Positions 18,838-28,533 of a DNA stretch of 64,000 nucleotides are shown in pieces. The notes below the pieces were generated by a model. It was not told the DNA's origin. It did no database searches and was given only the letters and a program-made list of their open reading frames with translations. Position 1 is the first letter of the stretch. Every line of letters begins with the position of its first letter. Made by a program: the position numbers and the translations under genes. The stretch comes from Gammaproteobacteria bacterium (GTDB taxonomy: Bacteria; Pseudomonadota; Gammaproteobacteria; UBA4575), in contig JBGCDS010000006.1 in NCBI GenBank assembly GCA_045105615.1, forward strand, positions 3,026 to 67,025. Reading direction: 5' to 3'.

Positions 18838-20964
18838 GTGAAAAGAATTATAATATTTTTAGTCATCATTGCCTCGATTATTTTTGGCCTGACCTATTTT
18901 GACATTGGTAGCTATCTCACATTCAGCGAACTGAAAGAGCGCCAATCTGAACTACAGTCACTAGTTAGCAACAACCCATTCAAAGCTGCCGCAATATTCT
19001 TTTCTATCTATGTGATTGCCACCGCCATTTCTGTACCAGGTGCTTTTATATTTACACTCGCTGGCGGCGCACTATTTGGTTTAACTCAAGGTACGATATT
19101 AGTATCATTTGCCTCTACCATTGGCGCATTGTTTGCCTATCTAGTGGCTCGCTACTTTCTGCATGATGTTGTACAAAACAAATTTTCTGACCGACTTGGA
19201 CTAATTAACCGCAAAGTTGATGAAGAAGGCGCATTTTATCTATTATTCCTGCGCTTAGTTCCTGTATTTCCTTTTTTCCTGGTGAACTTGGTAATGGCGT
19301 TAACACCGATTCGCGCATTTACTTTTTATTGGGTCAGCCAACTTGGCATGCTTCCTGCCACATTAATATATGTGAATGCAGGTACGCAAATAGCTAAGAT
19401 CTCTTCACCCGGTGACATTGCCTCACCATCATTAATTTTCGCATTGGTGTTACTTGGTATTTTGCCATTCATCACTAAAGGCATTATGTCTATATTAAAA
19501 AGTAAACGCGTATATAAAAAATTTACAAAACCCACTTCATTTGAATACAACACTATCGTTGTTGGCGGCGGCTCTGCTGGCTTGGTTGCGTCTTACACAA
19601 CTAGCACTCTACAAGGCAAGGTCCTATTAGTTGAGAGACATCAAATGGGTGGTGACTGTCTAAACACTGGATGTGTTCCCTCCAAGTCTATTTTACGCAG
19701 CGCAAAGTTTGTCGCTGATTTAAAAGATTTTGAATCCTATGGTTTATCCAAGGCTAATTACGAGCTTGAATTTAAAAATATCATGTCAAGAGTTCATGAC
19801 AAGATTGCAGTGATAGAGCCAAAAGACTCTGTTGCGCGTTACACAGAGTTAGGTGTTGAGTGTGAACAGGGGGATGCAGCTATCATTTCACCATGGCAAG
19901 TAAAAATTAATGACAAAACATTAAACACCAAAAATATTATCATCGCCACTGGTGCTTCTCCAGCATTGCCTGATATTACAGACCTAGATAAAATTCCTTA
20001 CTATACAACTGACACCGTCTGGTCAATAACTGAGGCGCCTAAAAAATTATTAGTCATTGGCGCTGGGCCCATTGGTTGTGAACTAGGGCAGGCCTTTGCA
20101 CGATTGGGTTCTGATGTTTCTATCGCGAATAATCACGCAACAATCTTACCTAACGAAGATGCTGAAGCAGCCAAGATCGTTGAGGCATCACTATTAAAAG
20201 ACGACATCACACTATTGAATAACTTCAAGTCTGATAAATTCATCAATGACTTCGACAATTACTCTTTAGTTGGTACACAAGACGATTCAATTACCAATAT
20301 CAGCTTTACACACTTATTAATCGCCACTGGTCGAAAAGCAAACATTGAAGGTATGGATGCCCTTGATTTAGAAATTAACGATCAGGGCCGCATAGAAACT
20401 AACGCAACATTACAAACAATGTATCCTAATGTTTATGCCTGCGGCGATGTCACTAGTTCTATGCAGTATACGCATACGGCTTCTCATCAAGCCTGGTATG
20501 CAGCATTCAATGCATTATTTCATCCGATAAAGAAATTTAAGTGCACGCTAAACAATATACCTCGTGCTGTATTCACTGATCCTGAAATCACTAGCGTGGG
20601 TATTACCGAGCAACAAGCGATCGACCAGGGTATAAACCATCAAGTCACTACTTTTCCTATGGATGATATTGATCGCGCAATTACCGATAATGCTACAGCA
20701 GGATTTGTTAAAGTTATCACTCCGGTAAATAGTGATGAAATACTAGGCGTATGCATTGTCGGCGAACATGCTAGCGAATTAATTGCTGAATTTGTACTCG
20801 CCAAAACCAATGGCCTAGGTTTGAATAAAATATTGAAAACAGTACACATCTACCCAACCAGAAGTGAAATCAACCGAATGGTTGCTGGAAAATGGCGTCG
20901 CTCTAAATTAACTGCACGCACTCTTGATATACTAAAAAAATTCCAATCATGGAGACTAGGTTAA
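18838..20964 (+). CDS. fusion protein: N-terminal DedA/TVP38/TMEM64 membrane domain + C-terminal class I pyridine nucleotide-disulfide (flavoprotein disulfide) reductase
   Basis: GTG start. About 230-aa polytopic DedA-like N-terminus. Then GGGSAGL FAD motif, redox-active GGDCLNTGCVPSK (CxxxxC), a second Rossmann GAGPIGCE, and C-terminal HIYPTRSE His-Glu dyad. No MerA-type C-terminal Cys pair. Confidence 0.8.
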   Translation: MKRIIIFLVIIASIIFGLTYFDIGSYLTFSELKERQSELQSLVSNNPFKAAAIFFSIYVIATAISVPGAFIFTLAGGALFGLTQGTILVSFASTIGALFAYLVARYFLHDVVQNKFSDRLGLINRKVDEEGAFYLLFLRLVPVFPFFLVNLVMALTPIRAFTFYWVSQLGMLPATLIYVNAGTQIAKISSPGDIASPSLIFALVLLGILPFITKGIMSILKSKRVYKKFTKPTSFEYNTIVVGGGSAGLVASYTTSTLQGKVLLVERHQMGGDCLNTGCVPSKSILRSAKFVADLKDFESYGLSKANYELEFKNIMSRVHDKIAVIEPKDSVARYTELGVECEQGDAAIISPWQVKINDKTLNTKNIIIATGASPALPDITDLDKIPYYTTDTVWSITEAPKKLLVIGAGPIGCELGQAFARLGSDVSIANNHATILPNEDAEAAKIVEASLLKDDITLLNNFKSDKFINDFDNYSLVGTQDDSITNISFTHLLIATGRKANIEGMDALDLEINDQGRIETNATLQTMYPNVYACGDVTSSMQYTHTASHQAWYAAFNALFHPIKKFKCTLNNIPRAVFTDPEITSVGITEQQAIDQGINHQVTTFPMDDIDRAITDNATAGFVKVITPVNSDEILGVCIVGEHASELIAEFVLAKTNGLGLNKILKTVHIYPTRSEINRMVAGKWRRSKLTARTLDILKKFQSWRLG

Positions 20965-20968
20965 CAAT

Positions 20969-21964
20969 ATGCGCGAAACTAAACATTTGTTATTCCCTGG
21001 CAACTTCCCTGTAATTAAAAGAAGCAATCTAACCACATTACAAGTCAACCTTGGTTACAAGTGCAATCAGTCCTGTACACACTGTCATGTTAATGCTGGG
21101 CCTAATCGCACTGAAATGATGGATGATGCAACGCTAGATTTAATCATCAAATACATCTCTGAAAATAATGTATCGCTACTCGATGTCACTGGCGGCGCAC
21201 CAGAACTTCACCCACGATTTCGCGAGCTAGTCATCGCTGCAAGAAAAGCTGGCGTGACTTTACGTGACCGATGTAATCTAACTATTCTGTTTGAACCTAA
21301 CCAAGAAGATCTGGCACAGTTTTTGGCCGATAATCATGTTGAAATAGTTGCGTCTCTCCCCTGTTACACAGAAGACACTGTCAACAAGCAGCGCGGCAAA
21401 GGTGTATTCACGCTAAGCATTGAAGCTTTACAACAACTAAACACACTTGGCTATGCTACGGACAGCGCACTCAATTTACACTTAGTCTTCAATCCTAGTG
21501 GCCCAGTATTACCACCCTCTCAGGTAGAACTAGAAAAGCAGTACAAGGAACGTCTATTAGAAGATCATAACGTTAGGTTTAATGACCTCTTTGTCATTAC
21601 TAATATGCCTATTCAGCGCTTTGGTAGCAGTCTACTTTCTACTGGCCATTTTGATGGTTATATGGATACCTTACGCGCTAATCACCAAGACGATAATCTT
21701 GACACCGTCATGTGTAGAGACACAGTCAGCATTGACTGGCAGGGTAACGTGTATGACTGCGACTTTAACCAAATGCTAGAAGAACCTGTGTATTCAAAAG
21801 AGAAACAGGCATTACATATACGTGATTTATTTGCTACTAATCTCAGTGATTTATCGATAAAGACTGGCAACCATTGTTTTGGTTGTACTGCCGGCCAGGG
21901 TAGCAGCTGTTCTGGTGCATTATCTGACGCACTATTAGACACAGCCGCCGAATCCGTAAATTAG
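20969..21964 (+). CDS. radical SAM protein with C-terminal Cys-rich domain (ArsS-like, TIGR04167-type)
   Basis: CNQSCTHC (CxxxCxxC) radical SAM cluster motif and C-terminal CFGCTAGQGSSC Cys cluster. 4-bp gap after the upstream gene, GGAG RBS. Confidence 0.7.
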   Translation: MRETKHLLFPGNFPVIKRSNLTTLQVNLGYKCNQSCTHCHVNAGPNRTEMMDDATLDLIIKYISENNVSLLDVTGGAPELHPRFRELVIAARKAGVTLRDRCNLTILFEPNQEDLAQFLADNHVEIVASLPCYTEDTVNKQRGKGVFTLSIEALQQLNTLGYATDSALNLHLVFNPSGPVLPPSQVELEKQYKERLLEDHNVRFNDLFVITNMPIQRFGSSLLSTGHFDGYMDTLRANHQDDNLDTVMCRDTVSIDWQGNVYDCDFNQMLEEPVYSKEKQALHIRDLFATNLSDLSIKTGNHCFGCTAGQGSSCSGALSDALLDTAAESVN

Positions 21965-22051
21965 CATCAACCTTATCTTCTCTAATACACTATATATAGT
22001 ACTTGTGTAGTGTATGTATTCTGCGTGTATAAGGTACAATCACTACTATTC

Positions 22052-23107
22052 ATGAATAAATTAATCAAATATACAGGGATCGTATTATTACTAATCATTA
22101 GTGTTAGTACGCTTTATGCCGCTGGCCCCCCTGCCCGAGTTAAACCTGTTGTGGTTGATACCGCACAACTGCGTGCACTAGCCCCTACTGCAGAATATTC
22201 TGGCACAGTCATCAGTAAAGATGACGCACGCATTTCATCTGAAGTTGAAGGGCGCTTAACCTGGGTTGCTGATGTCGGCACCGTAGTGAAGAAAGGTGAT
22301 GTAGTTGCCAAGCTTGATGATATATTTTTACAACAGCAGCGTTCTGAAGAATCAGCCGTCATCCAAAGCGAACAGGCCAAACTCACTTTATACAATAAAG
22401 AAGTAAAACGATTCCAACGCTTAATCAAACAGAACAGCATTGCCCAAAACGAATTAGACCAATCTATTTCCGATCGTGCTGTTGCCAATAGCAATATTAT
22501 CGCTGCACGTGCAAGGCTCGCTCAAATTGAAGAACGTATTTCACGATCAAACTTGCGCGCACCTTTTGACGGCGTCATAAGCGAACGTTTTGCTCAATCA
22601 GGCGAATGGACACAAAATGGAAATCCTTTAGTCCGTTTAATCAATTTCAATAATCCTGAAATTCAGGTACGCGTACCGCAAAGCATCTATTCGTTAATCG
22701 CGCTTAATAGCATGCTTAAAGTCCGCAACGCAGACCAAACCATTGAAGCCAAAGTTCAAACAATTGTCCCGGTGGGTACAACTGCGTCACGCTTATTTGA
22801 ATTACGCTTAAAACCACAACAACCATTACCACCAGGAATACTAGTACGCATTTCAATTCCAACCGCTAAAGCCCGCGAAGTAGTTTCTATCCATAGAGAT
22901 GCATTAGTTCTTAGAAAAGGTAGCATAAGTGTATTTCGTATTAATGATGAAAACATTTCCGAACAACTTAGCGTAGAGGTCGGCATTGGTGATGGTGATT
23001 ACGTTGAAGTAATTGGCGACATTAATCCTGACGATCGTATCGTCACTAGAGGTGGAGAACGTTTACGCCCTGGTGAGACTGTCAAAATTTCCAATGAGTC
23101 CAACTAA
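22052..23107 (+). CDS. RND efflux periplasmic adaptor (membrane fusion protein)
   Basis: Signal/anchor MNKLIKYTGIVLLLIISVSTLYAAG, coiled-coil and beta-barrel MFP domains. The listed ORF starts at GTG 22010, but ATG 22052 is the likelier start. Confidence 0.8.
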   Translation: MNKLIKYTGIVLLLIISVSTLYAAGPPARVKPVVVDTAQLRALAPTAEYSGTVISKDDARISSEVEGRLTWVADVGTVVKKGDVVAKLDDIFLQQQRSEESAVIQSEQAKLTLYNKEVKRFQRLIKQNSIAQNELDQSISDRAVANSNIIAARARLAQIEERISRSNLRAPFDGVISERFAQSGEWTQNGNPLVRLINFNNPEIQVRVPQSIYSLIALNSMLKVRNADQTIEAKVQTIVPVGTTASRLFELRLKPQQPLPPGILVRISIPTAKAREVVSIHRDALVLRKGSISVFRINDENISEQLSVEVGIGDGDYVEVIGDINPDDRIVTRGGERLRPGETVKISNESN

Positions 23108-26100
23108 ACTTGCACTAAGTAATCCCACTGCAGGCTTAGTGGCTGCATTACTGATTGTATTGTTTGGGTTCTTAGCTTTACGCGCATTACCGATTCAGCT
23201 CACACCTGAAGTTGAACGCCCAGAAATCACCATCACCACGGCTTGGCGCGGATCTGCGCCTGAAGAAGTCGAAGCAGAAATTATTGAACCCCAGGAAGAT
23301 CAGTTACGCGGCTTACCTGGAATGACTGAGCTATTATCAGAAGCCACTCAGGGTTCAGGAAAAATTACTATTTCATTTGATGTAGACTTCAGCCTCGACC
23401 GCGCATTAATCGAAGTCATTAATCGACTCAACCGAGTACCGCAGTACCCCATCGATGCCGACGAACCCATACTTAGCACTGCGGGCGGACGAAGTCGCCC
23501 AATTGCATGGTTCATTATAAAACCTGGTGAAGGCAACCAAACTCAAATAGAAGATTACCGCGATTATATTGAAGAAGTCGTTCAATCACGTTTTGAACGC
23601 GTTGCCGGAGTTGCGCTATCAGAAGTACGCGGTGGTAATGAGCGAGAAGTGCGTATTACAGTTGACCCATACAAAGCAGCAGGCATGGGCATCGATATTA
23701 TTGATGCTGCCAGAACGGTTGGCAATAACGAAGATGTCTCTGGTGGCACTGTCGATGTGGGAAAACGTAGATACATCTTACGCTACACTGGCGCACTAGA
23801 TCCTCAAGACTTACAGAAACTCGTTCTCGAATGGCGCGATGGGCAACCAGTTTATCTACGCGATATTGCAAACGTTACTGTACAGCCAGCTGATCGAGAT
23901 AATTTTGTCATCACTCGCGGAGAACCAGCGATTGCCGTCAATGCTTATCGTGAAGCAGGCGTGAATGTTTTAGAAGTCATGGCAGATCTACAGCAGGCCA
24001 TGTCTGAATTGAAAGCCGGCCCACTACAACGATCCAACTTAACAATAGAACAGGTCTATGATGAAACTGTCTACATAGACAGCGCTATCGAATTATTAAC
24101 TAGCAACCTAGGATTAGGCGTTGTACTCGCGGTGTTTATCCTCTGGTGGTTCCTACGCCGTTTACGAGCAACACTAGTAGTCACTATTACTATCCCGCTA
24201 TGTTTATGCGCTGCCTTCGTTGTCATTCTAGCAGCAGGCAAGTCCATTAACGTTATCTCACTTGCCGCCATGGCATTTGCGGTGGGCATGGTAATGGATG
24301 CCGCCATTATTGTGCTCGAAAATATTGTGCGTCTAAAAGAGAAGGGCGAATCTAATTTTAATGCTGCGCTTAAAGGCACTACCCAAGTCTGGCCAGCTTT
24401 GCTTGCCTCTACCGCCACAACAGTTGCCATTTTTTTACCAGTACTTTTCTTAAAAGATCAAAGCGGGCAACTCTTTGCTGATTTATCTATCGCCATTACC
24501 GCAGCAATCATCGCATCACTATTTGTCGCCACCGTATTGATTCCAGTTGCTAGCATGGTGTGGCTAAAGAAAACAACTTTTGTTGATCATCACAGCAGTA
24601 TTTGGGATTCAATAACTAATAAGATTTCCAACGTTACTCAAACTGGTAAATCGCGCATTGTCATTATTGCGCTACTGATCACCGTGCCAATTGCTAGCTC
24701 AATATTCCTTTTCCCAGATCGTGATTACTTGCCTACAGGTAATCGCAATTTAGTATTTGGTTTTGTCTTACCCCCGCCTGGCGTCAACGTTTCCCATATT
24801 AAAGATGAGATGGGTGATGTAATTGCTGACCGCATTGCACCTTATTTAAGCGGCGAAAAACAACCTAAGATTAAACATTACTTTTTTGTCGCCAGGTCTG
24901 GCTCAATCTTTATTGGTGGGCGCGCAGAAGATCCGAAAAAAGTAAATGAACTCGTCGGCGTACTCAATCAAGTTGTCAGCGGCTTCCCTGACACATTCGC
25001 CATTGTTACAAAAGCATCTTTATTTTCAGGTTTTGGTGCCAATCGAGAAATCGAAGTAAATGTTCAAGGCCAAAACATAGATGCCTTAATAGAAACAGCG
25101 TTAGCAGGTTTCATTGCGATCCCACAAAAACTTCCTGGCGCAAGAGTGCGCCCACGCCCAGGACTAGAATTAGCCGAACCAGAATTACAACTTGCACCGC
25201 TAGATGATCGCTTAAGAGAAGCAGGATGGAATCGAGAAACCCTCGCACAGGTATCCAGAATATTTGGTGATGGCATGCAGGTGGGAGAGTATTTTGATGG
25301 TGATGAACGCCTAGATATATTAGTGCGCATTCCAGAATGGCAAACACCCGAACAGCTAACCGCCATTCCTCTGCATACACCGAATGCTGGTGTCGTTCCA
25401 TTTGGAGAACTAGTGGACATTATCAGAACCGCTGGCCCAAATACTATTCGTCGCTTAGACCGTAGACGCACCATTACGCTAGAAGTCACGCCACCTGAAG
25501 ATGTTCCACTGGAACAGGCGCTAGAAGTCATTCAATCTGAAGTCGCACCCATCATGGAACCATTATTACCCAACGATGGCGTGATTCGTTATGGCGGTTC
25601 CGCAGATAATCTAAAAGTCGCTATTAATAATTTAAGTAGCAGCTTTATTGTTGCACTGATTATCCTATTACTATTAATGGCTGCCTTATTTAGATCTTTC
25701 TTTGACAGCTTATTAGTCATGCTGGCATTACCTCTTGCAACGATAGGCGGAGTTGTTGCGCTTAAGCTGATGGGTTTATCCGCTGATCTGCTGACGTTAA
25801 TAGGATTCATTATTTTACTTGGGCTTGTAGTCAACAATGCAATACTGCTTGTCTACCAGGCACGTAGTTCCGAGCGTGAAGGCCTTGCACGCGCAGAGGC
25901 AATTAAAGATGCTGTACGCACTCGTATCAGACCGATACTCATGAGTACATCTACTACTGTATTTGGAATGTTGCCTTTAATTATATTTGCAGGTGCAGGA
26001 ACAGAACTTTATCGAGGGTTAGCTGCTGTGATTGTTGGCGGCATGATAATGAGCACCTTCTTTACTCTAGTCCTTATTCCTAGTTTACTGCAATTAAAGA

Positions 26101-26132
26101 TAACCTCTAAAGATCACAAACAATCAGCATAA
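23094..26132 (+). CDS. RND family efflux transporter permease (AcrB/HAE-type)
   Basis: About 1010 aa, 12-TM RND architecture. The ATG at 23094 overlaps the MFP stop by 14 nt. Confidence 0.85.
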   Translation: MSPTKLALSNPTAGLVAALLIVLFGFLALRALPIQLTPEVERPEITITTAWRGSAPEEVEAEIIEPQEDQLRGLPGMTELLSEATQGSGKITISFDVDFSLDRALIEVINRLNRVPQYPIDADEPILSTAGGRSRPIAWFIIKPGEGNQTQIEDYRDYIEEVVQSRFERVAGVALSEVRGGNEREVRITVDPYKAAGMGIDIIDAARTVGNNEDVSGGTVDVGKRRYILRYTGALDPQDLQKLVLEWRDGQPVYLRDIANVTVQPADRDNFVITRGEPAIAVNAYREAGVNVLEVMADLQQAMSELKAGPLQRSNLTIEQVYDETVYIDSAIELLTSNLGLGVVLAVFILWWFLRRLRATLVVTITIPLCLCAAFVVILAAGKSINVISLAAMAFAVGMVMDAAIIVLENIVRLKEKGESNFNAALKGTTQVWPALLASTATTVAIFLPVLFLKDQSGQLFADLSIAITAAIIASLFVATVLIPVASMVWLKKTTFVDHHSSIWDSITNKISNVTQTGKSRIVIIALLITVPIASSIFLFPDRDYLPTGNRNLVFGFVLPPPGVNVSHIKDEMGDVIADRIAPYLSGEKQPKIKHYFFVARSGSIFIGGRAEDPKKVNELVGVLNQVVSGFPDTFAIVTKASLFSGFGANREIEVNVQGQNIDALIETALAGFIAIPQKLPGARVRPRPGLELAEPELQLAPLDDRLREAGWNRETLAQVSRIFGDGMQVGEYFDGDERLDILVRIPEWQTPEQLTAIPLHTPNAGVVPFGELVDIIRTAGPNTIRRLDRRRTITLEVTPPEDVPLEQALEVIQSEVAPIMEPLLPNDGVIRYGGSADNLKVAINNLSSSFIVALIILLLLMAALFRSFFDSLLVMLALPLATIGGVVALKLMGLSADLLTLIGFIILLGLVVNNAILLVYQARSSEREGLARAEAIKDAVRTRIRPILMSTSTTVFGMLPLIIFAGAGTELYRGLAAVIVGGMIMSTFFTLVLIPSLLQLKITSKDHKQSA

Positions 26133-26166
26133 ATTAGCTAATTGCTTGTGATTAGATATTTAGAAT

Positions 26167-26571
26167 TTAATAATTTATCGCGCGAGGAAGTTCTTTAGCC
26201 TGCTTCACCCAGTCTTCTACCTGTGATGCAGAAGGAACCTGACGTACTAATTTTTTCTCTTCGTTGACGCTAGCCATTTTCTCATGAAGGTTAGCTGCGT
26301 TACGCTGCGCTAATTCAGGCACGGTATCCACACCAGCACATTCTAGTAAGTCTGCATACTGAGTGCTAACACCTTTAATGCGTGCTAGGTCTGCACGGTT
26401 TACCCAGTTAAGCACTAGCTTTTCACTAATATCACATTTAGTTGCGATCTCTTGGCGACCTTTCTTTTCAGCGCCTGCTTCTAGTAATTTTTCAATTGAA
26501 GATATGCCACCTTCTTCTAATTTTTTTGAATAAACTTCGCCGATACCTTCAATCTCTGCTAACTTTGTCAT
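26167..26571 (-). CDS. DUF4332 (helix-hairpin-helix) domain protein
   Basis: 134 aa. Repeated HhH-like segments (LAEIEGIG, LARIKGVS). Confidence 0.55.
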   Translation of the reverse strand: MTKLAEIEGIGEVYSKKLEEGGISSIEKLLEAGAEKKGRQEIATKCDISEKLVLNWVNRADLARIKGVSTQYADLLECAGVDTVPELAQRNAANLHEKMASVNEEKKLVRQVPSASQVEDWVKQAKELPRAINY

Positions 26572-26699
26572 ATAGACCCCTCATTTAATTAGATTTATTT
26601 AGTTGGGTAAAATTAAAATGTTGAATAAAACTCGCAATGTATGACTTACCTGTTGCGTCATGAGTTCACTTTATTTTTTTACTGTTTTTTAGTCAATCA

Positions 26700-27575
26700 C
26701 TATTTGTCCTTAACTAGCATTTCACGCAAATCATCAAAACGCTTTTTAGCTTTCTCATCCACACGTGGGTAGTGCATATTCAAAGATTCCATCGTTTCAG
26801 CAATTATTTTTGCTACTGTATATCTCATGTATGGCTTGTTATCGGCAGGAATTGAATACCATGGTGCCCACGACCTTGACGTTTCACTTAATGCTTTTTC
26901 ATAGGCTTTCATGTAGTCATCCCAATGACCGCGTTCTTTAATATCAGATTCTGAAAATTTCCAGTTTTTCTCCGGCTCGTCAATACGGCTTAAAAAGCGA
27001 TTGCACTGTTCTTCCTTAGACACGTTCAACCAAAACTTTAATACTACCGTGCCATTATGTGCCAAGTGTTTTTCAAAGCTACGGATAGATTCATAACGTT
27101 GCGACCATATTTCTTTTTCGTTTGGCTTATCTGGTAACTTCTGGAAATTCAAAATCTCAGGATGTACGCGCACCACTAATACTTCTTCATAATAGCTGCG
27201 GTTAAACACTCCAATACGACCGCGTTCCGGCAAGCGTGTTGTCGTTCTCCATAGATAGTCATGATCCAGCTCGTTATCTGATGGCTGCTTAAATGAAAAC
27301 ACCTGACAACCTGCTGGGTTAACGCCTGTTAGCACATGGCGAATTGTGCTGTCTTTTCCTGCTGCATCCATTGCTTGAAAAACTAACAACAAAGAATGAC
27401 AATCATGCGCATACATTATGCGTTGCAAGTCATGAATTTTCTCTGTCTGCTTTTTCAGTTTCTTTTTATATTCTTTATCATCTAACTGCTTTTCATTAAT
27501 ACTAGTGATGACATCTTTGGTTTTAAAAGAACCGTCAAAGGGAACTAAGTATGGGTGATCTATCGCATTAAACAT
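26700..27575 (-). CDS. polyphosphate kinase 2 (PPK2) family polyphosphate:nucleotide phosphotransferase
   Basis: Walker A-like [11 protein letters not shown], lid motifs. 291 aa single PPK2 domain. Confidence 0.85.
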   Translation of the reverse strand: MFNAIDHPYLVPFDGSFKTKDVITSINEKQLDDKEYKKKLKKQTEKIHDLQRIMYAHDCHSLLLVFQAMDAAGKDSTIRHVLTGVNPAGCQVFSFKQPSDNELDHDYLWRTTTRLPERGRIGVFNRSYYEEVLVVRVHPEILNFQKLPDKPNEKEIWSQRYESIRSFEKHLAHNGTVVLKFWLNVSKEEQCNRFLSRIDEPEKNWKFSESDIKERGHWDDYMKAYEKALSETSRSWAPWYSIPADNKPYMRYTVAKIIAETMESLNMHYPRVDEKAKKRFDDLREMLVKDK

Positions 27576-27587
27576 TTAACTGTCCTT

Positions 27588-28004
27588 TTATTTAGCTTCA
27601 ACGGTGTTATTACCCTGAGCTATCCAAGCTTTAATTCCGCCTGTTACGTTATAAACACTTTCATAACCATGTTGTTTAATCAAAAAATCCCCAACAACCT
27701 TGCTACGCTTGCCAGTGCGACAAATAATCGCAACCTGTTTGTCTGGAGTAATATATTCTGATGACTGCTGCATCCATACTTGTACATGCGGCTGACCCAT
27801 TCCATCAAAGAACATAATAGGAATGCTACCTTCAACAATCCCTGTTTTTTTCCACTCGCTTGGCGTCCTAACATCAATGACGGTCACTCCTGAAGCCATT
27901 AGCTTTTCAAGGCCCTGCACGTCAACCTCTACCATTTCTGCCGCGTATACTGACTGAAGCATGAATAAAGAAAATACTATCAACCTTGTTTTAATTCCCA
28001 ACAT
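27588..28004 (-). CDS. periplasmic single-domain rhodanese (sulfurtransferase)
   Basis: Signal peptide. Active-site loop CRTGKRS. 138 aa. Confidence 0.8.
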   Translation of the reverse strand: MLGIKTRLIVFSLFMLQSVYAAEMVEVDVQGLEKLMASGVTVIDVRTPSEWKKTGIVEGSIPIMFFDGMGQPHVQVWMQQSSEYITPDKQVAIICRTGKRSKVVGDFLIKQHGYESVYNVTGGIKAWIAQGNNTVEAK

Positions 28005-28041
28005 TATATTGCCTCGTTACATAAAATTTATTATTTCAACA

Positions 28042-28533
28042 TCAACAATTCTTTTCTAAATATAATCGCAATCGATTTTTTTTAGATTCCACTCGACTCT
28101 CATCAATATAAACTCGTTCACCATCTTCATCCAAGTCGTAATATAAAATTCCGCCTTGATTCATATCTGCCAGTTCTGCACCCGCCGAGTTACACTTTGA
28201 AATTAAGTCAGCTCTCTTCTGCTTGACCTTTTCGCGCTTTTCTTTTCGCTCTAGCCTTTCTGACTGCAAGTAGTCTGAGTACTTGCTTTGCCTTTCTTGC
28301 AAACTAGCAGTACTGCTTTTGTTAACACTCGACGAATTTGTTGCGCTATTTTTTAGTTTTACTTTTTCAGCATCTTTATAGGGTGGAAATTGAGAAAATT
28401 GAACACGGCCATTCTCATCATATGTCTTATAAACATTATCAGCTTGTATATAAGTTATACTCAGAAAACAAGAAACAACGAAGCATCTTGCTAGCATCTT
28501 GCTGACTAGCCGCTTATTAAGCTTGCTTAGCAA
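28042..28533 (-). CDS. DUF4124 domain protein
   Basis: N-terminal YKTYDENGRVQFSQFPP motif, then a coiled, charged C-terminus. The 5' end overlaps the gshA 3' end by 17 nt. Confidence 0.55.
   Translation of the reverse strand: MLSKLNKRLVSKMLARCFVVSCFLSITYIQADNVYKTYDENGRVQFSQFPPYKDAEKVKLKNSATNSSSVNKSSTASLQERQSKYSDYLQSERLERKEKREKVKQKRADLISKCNSAGAELADMNQGGILYYDLDEDGERVYIDESRVESKKNRLRLYLEKNC

Noticed and set aside
25064-25837. ORFs of 155 aa, 96 aa and 82 aa antisense to the RND permease
   Set aside because: Shadow ORFs inside a conserved RND transporter gene.
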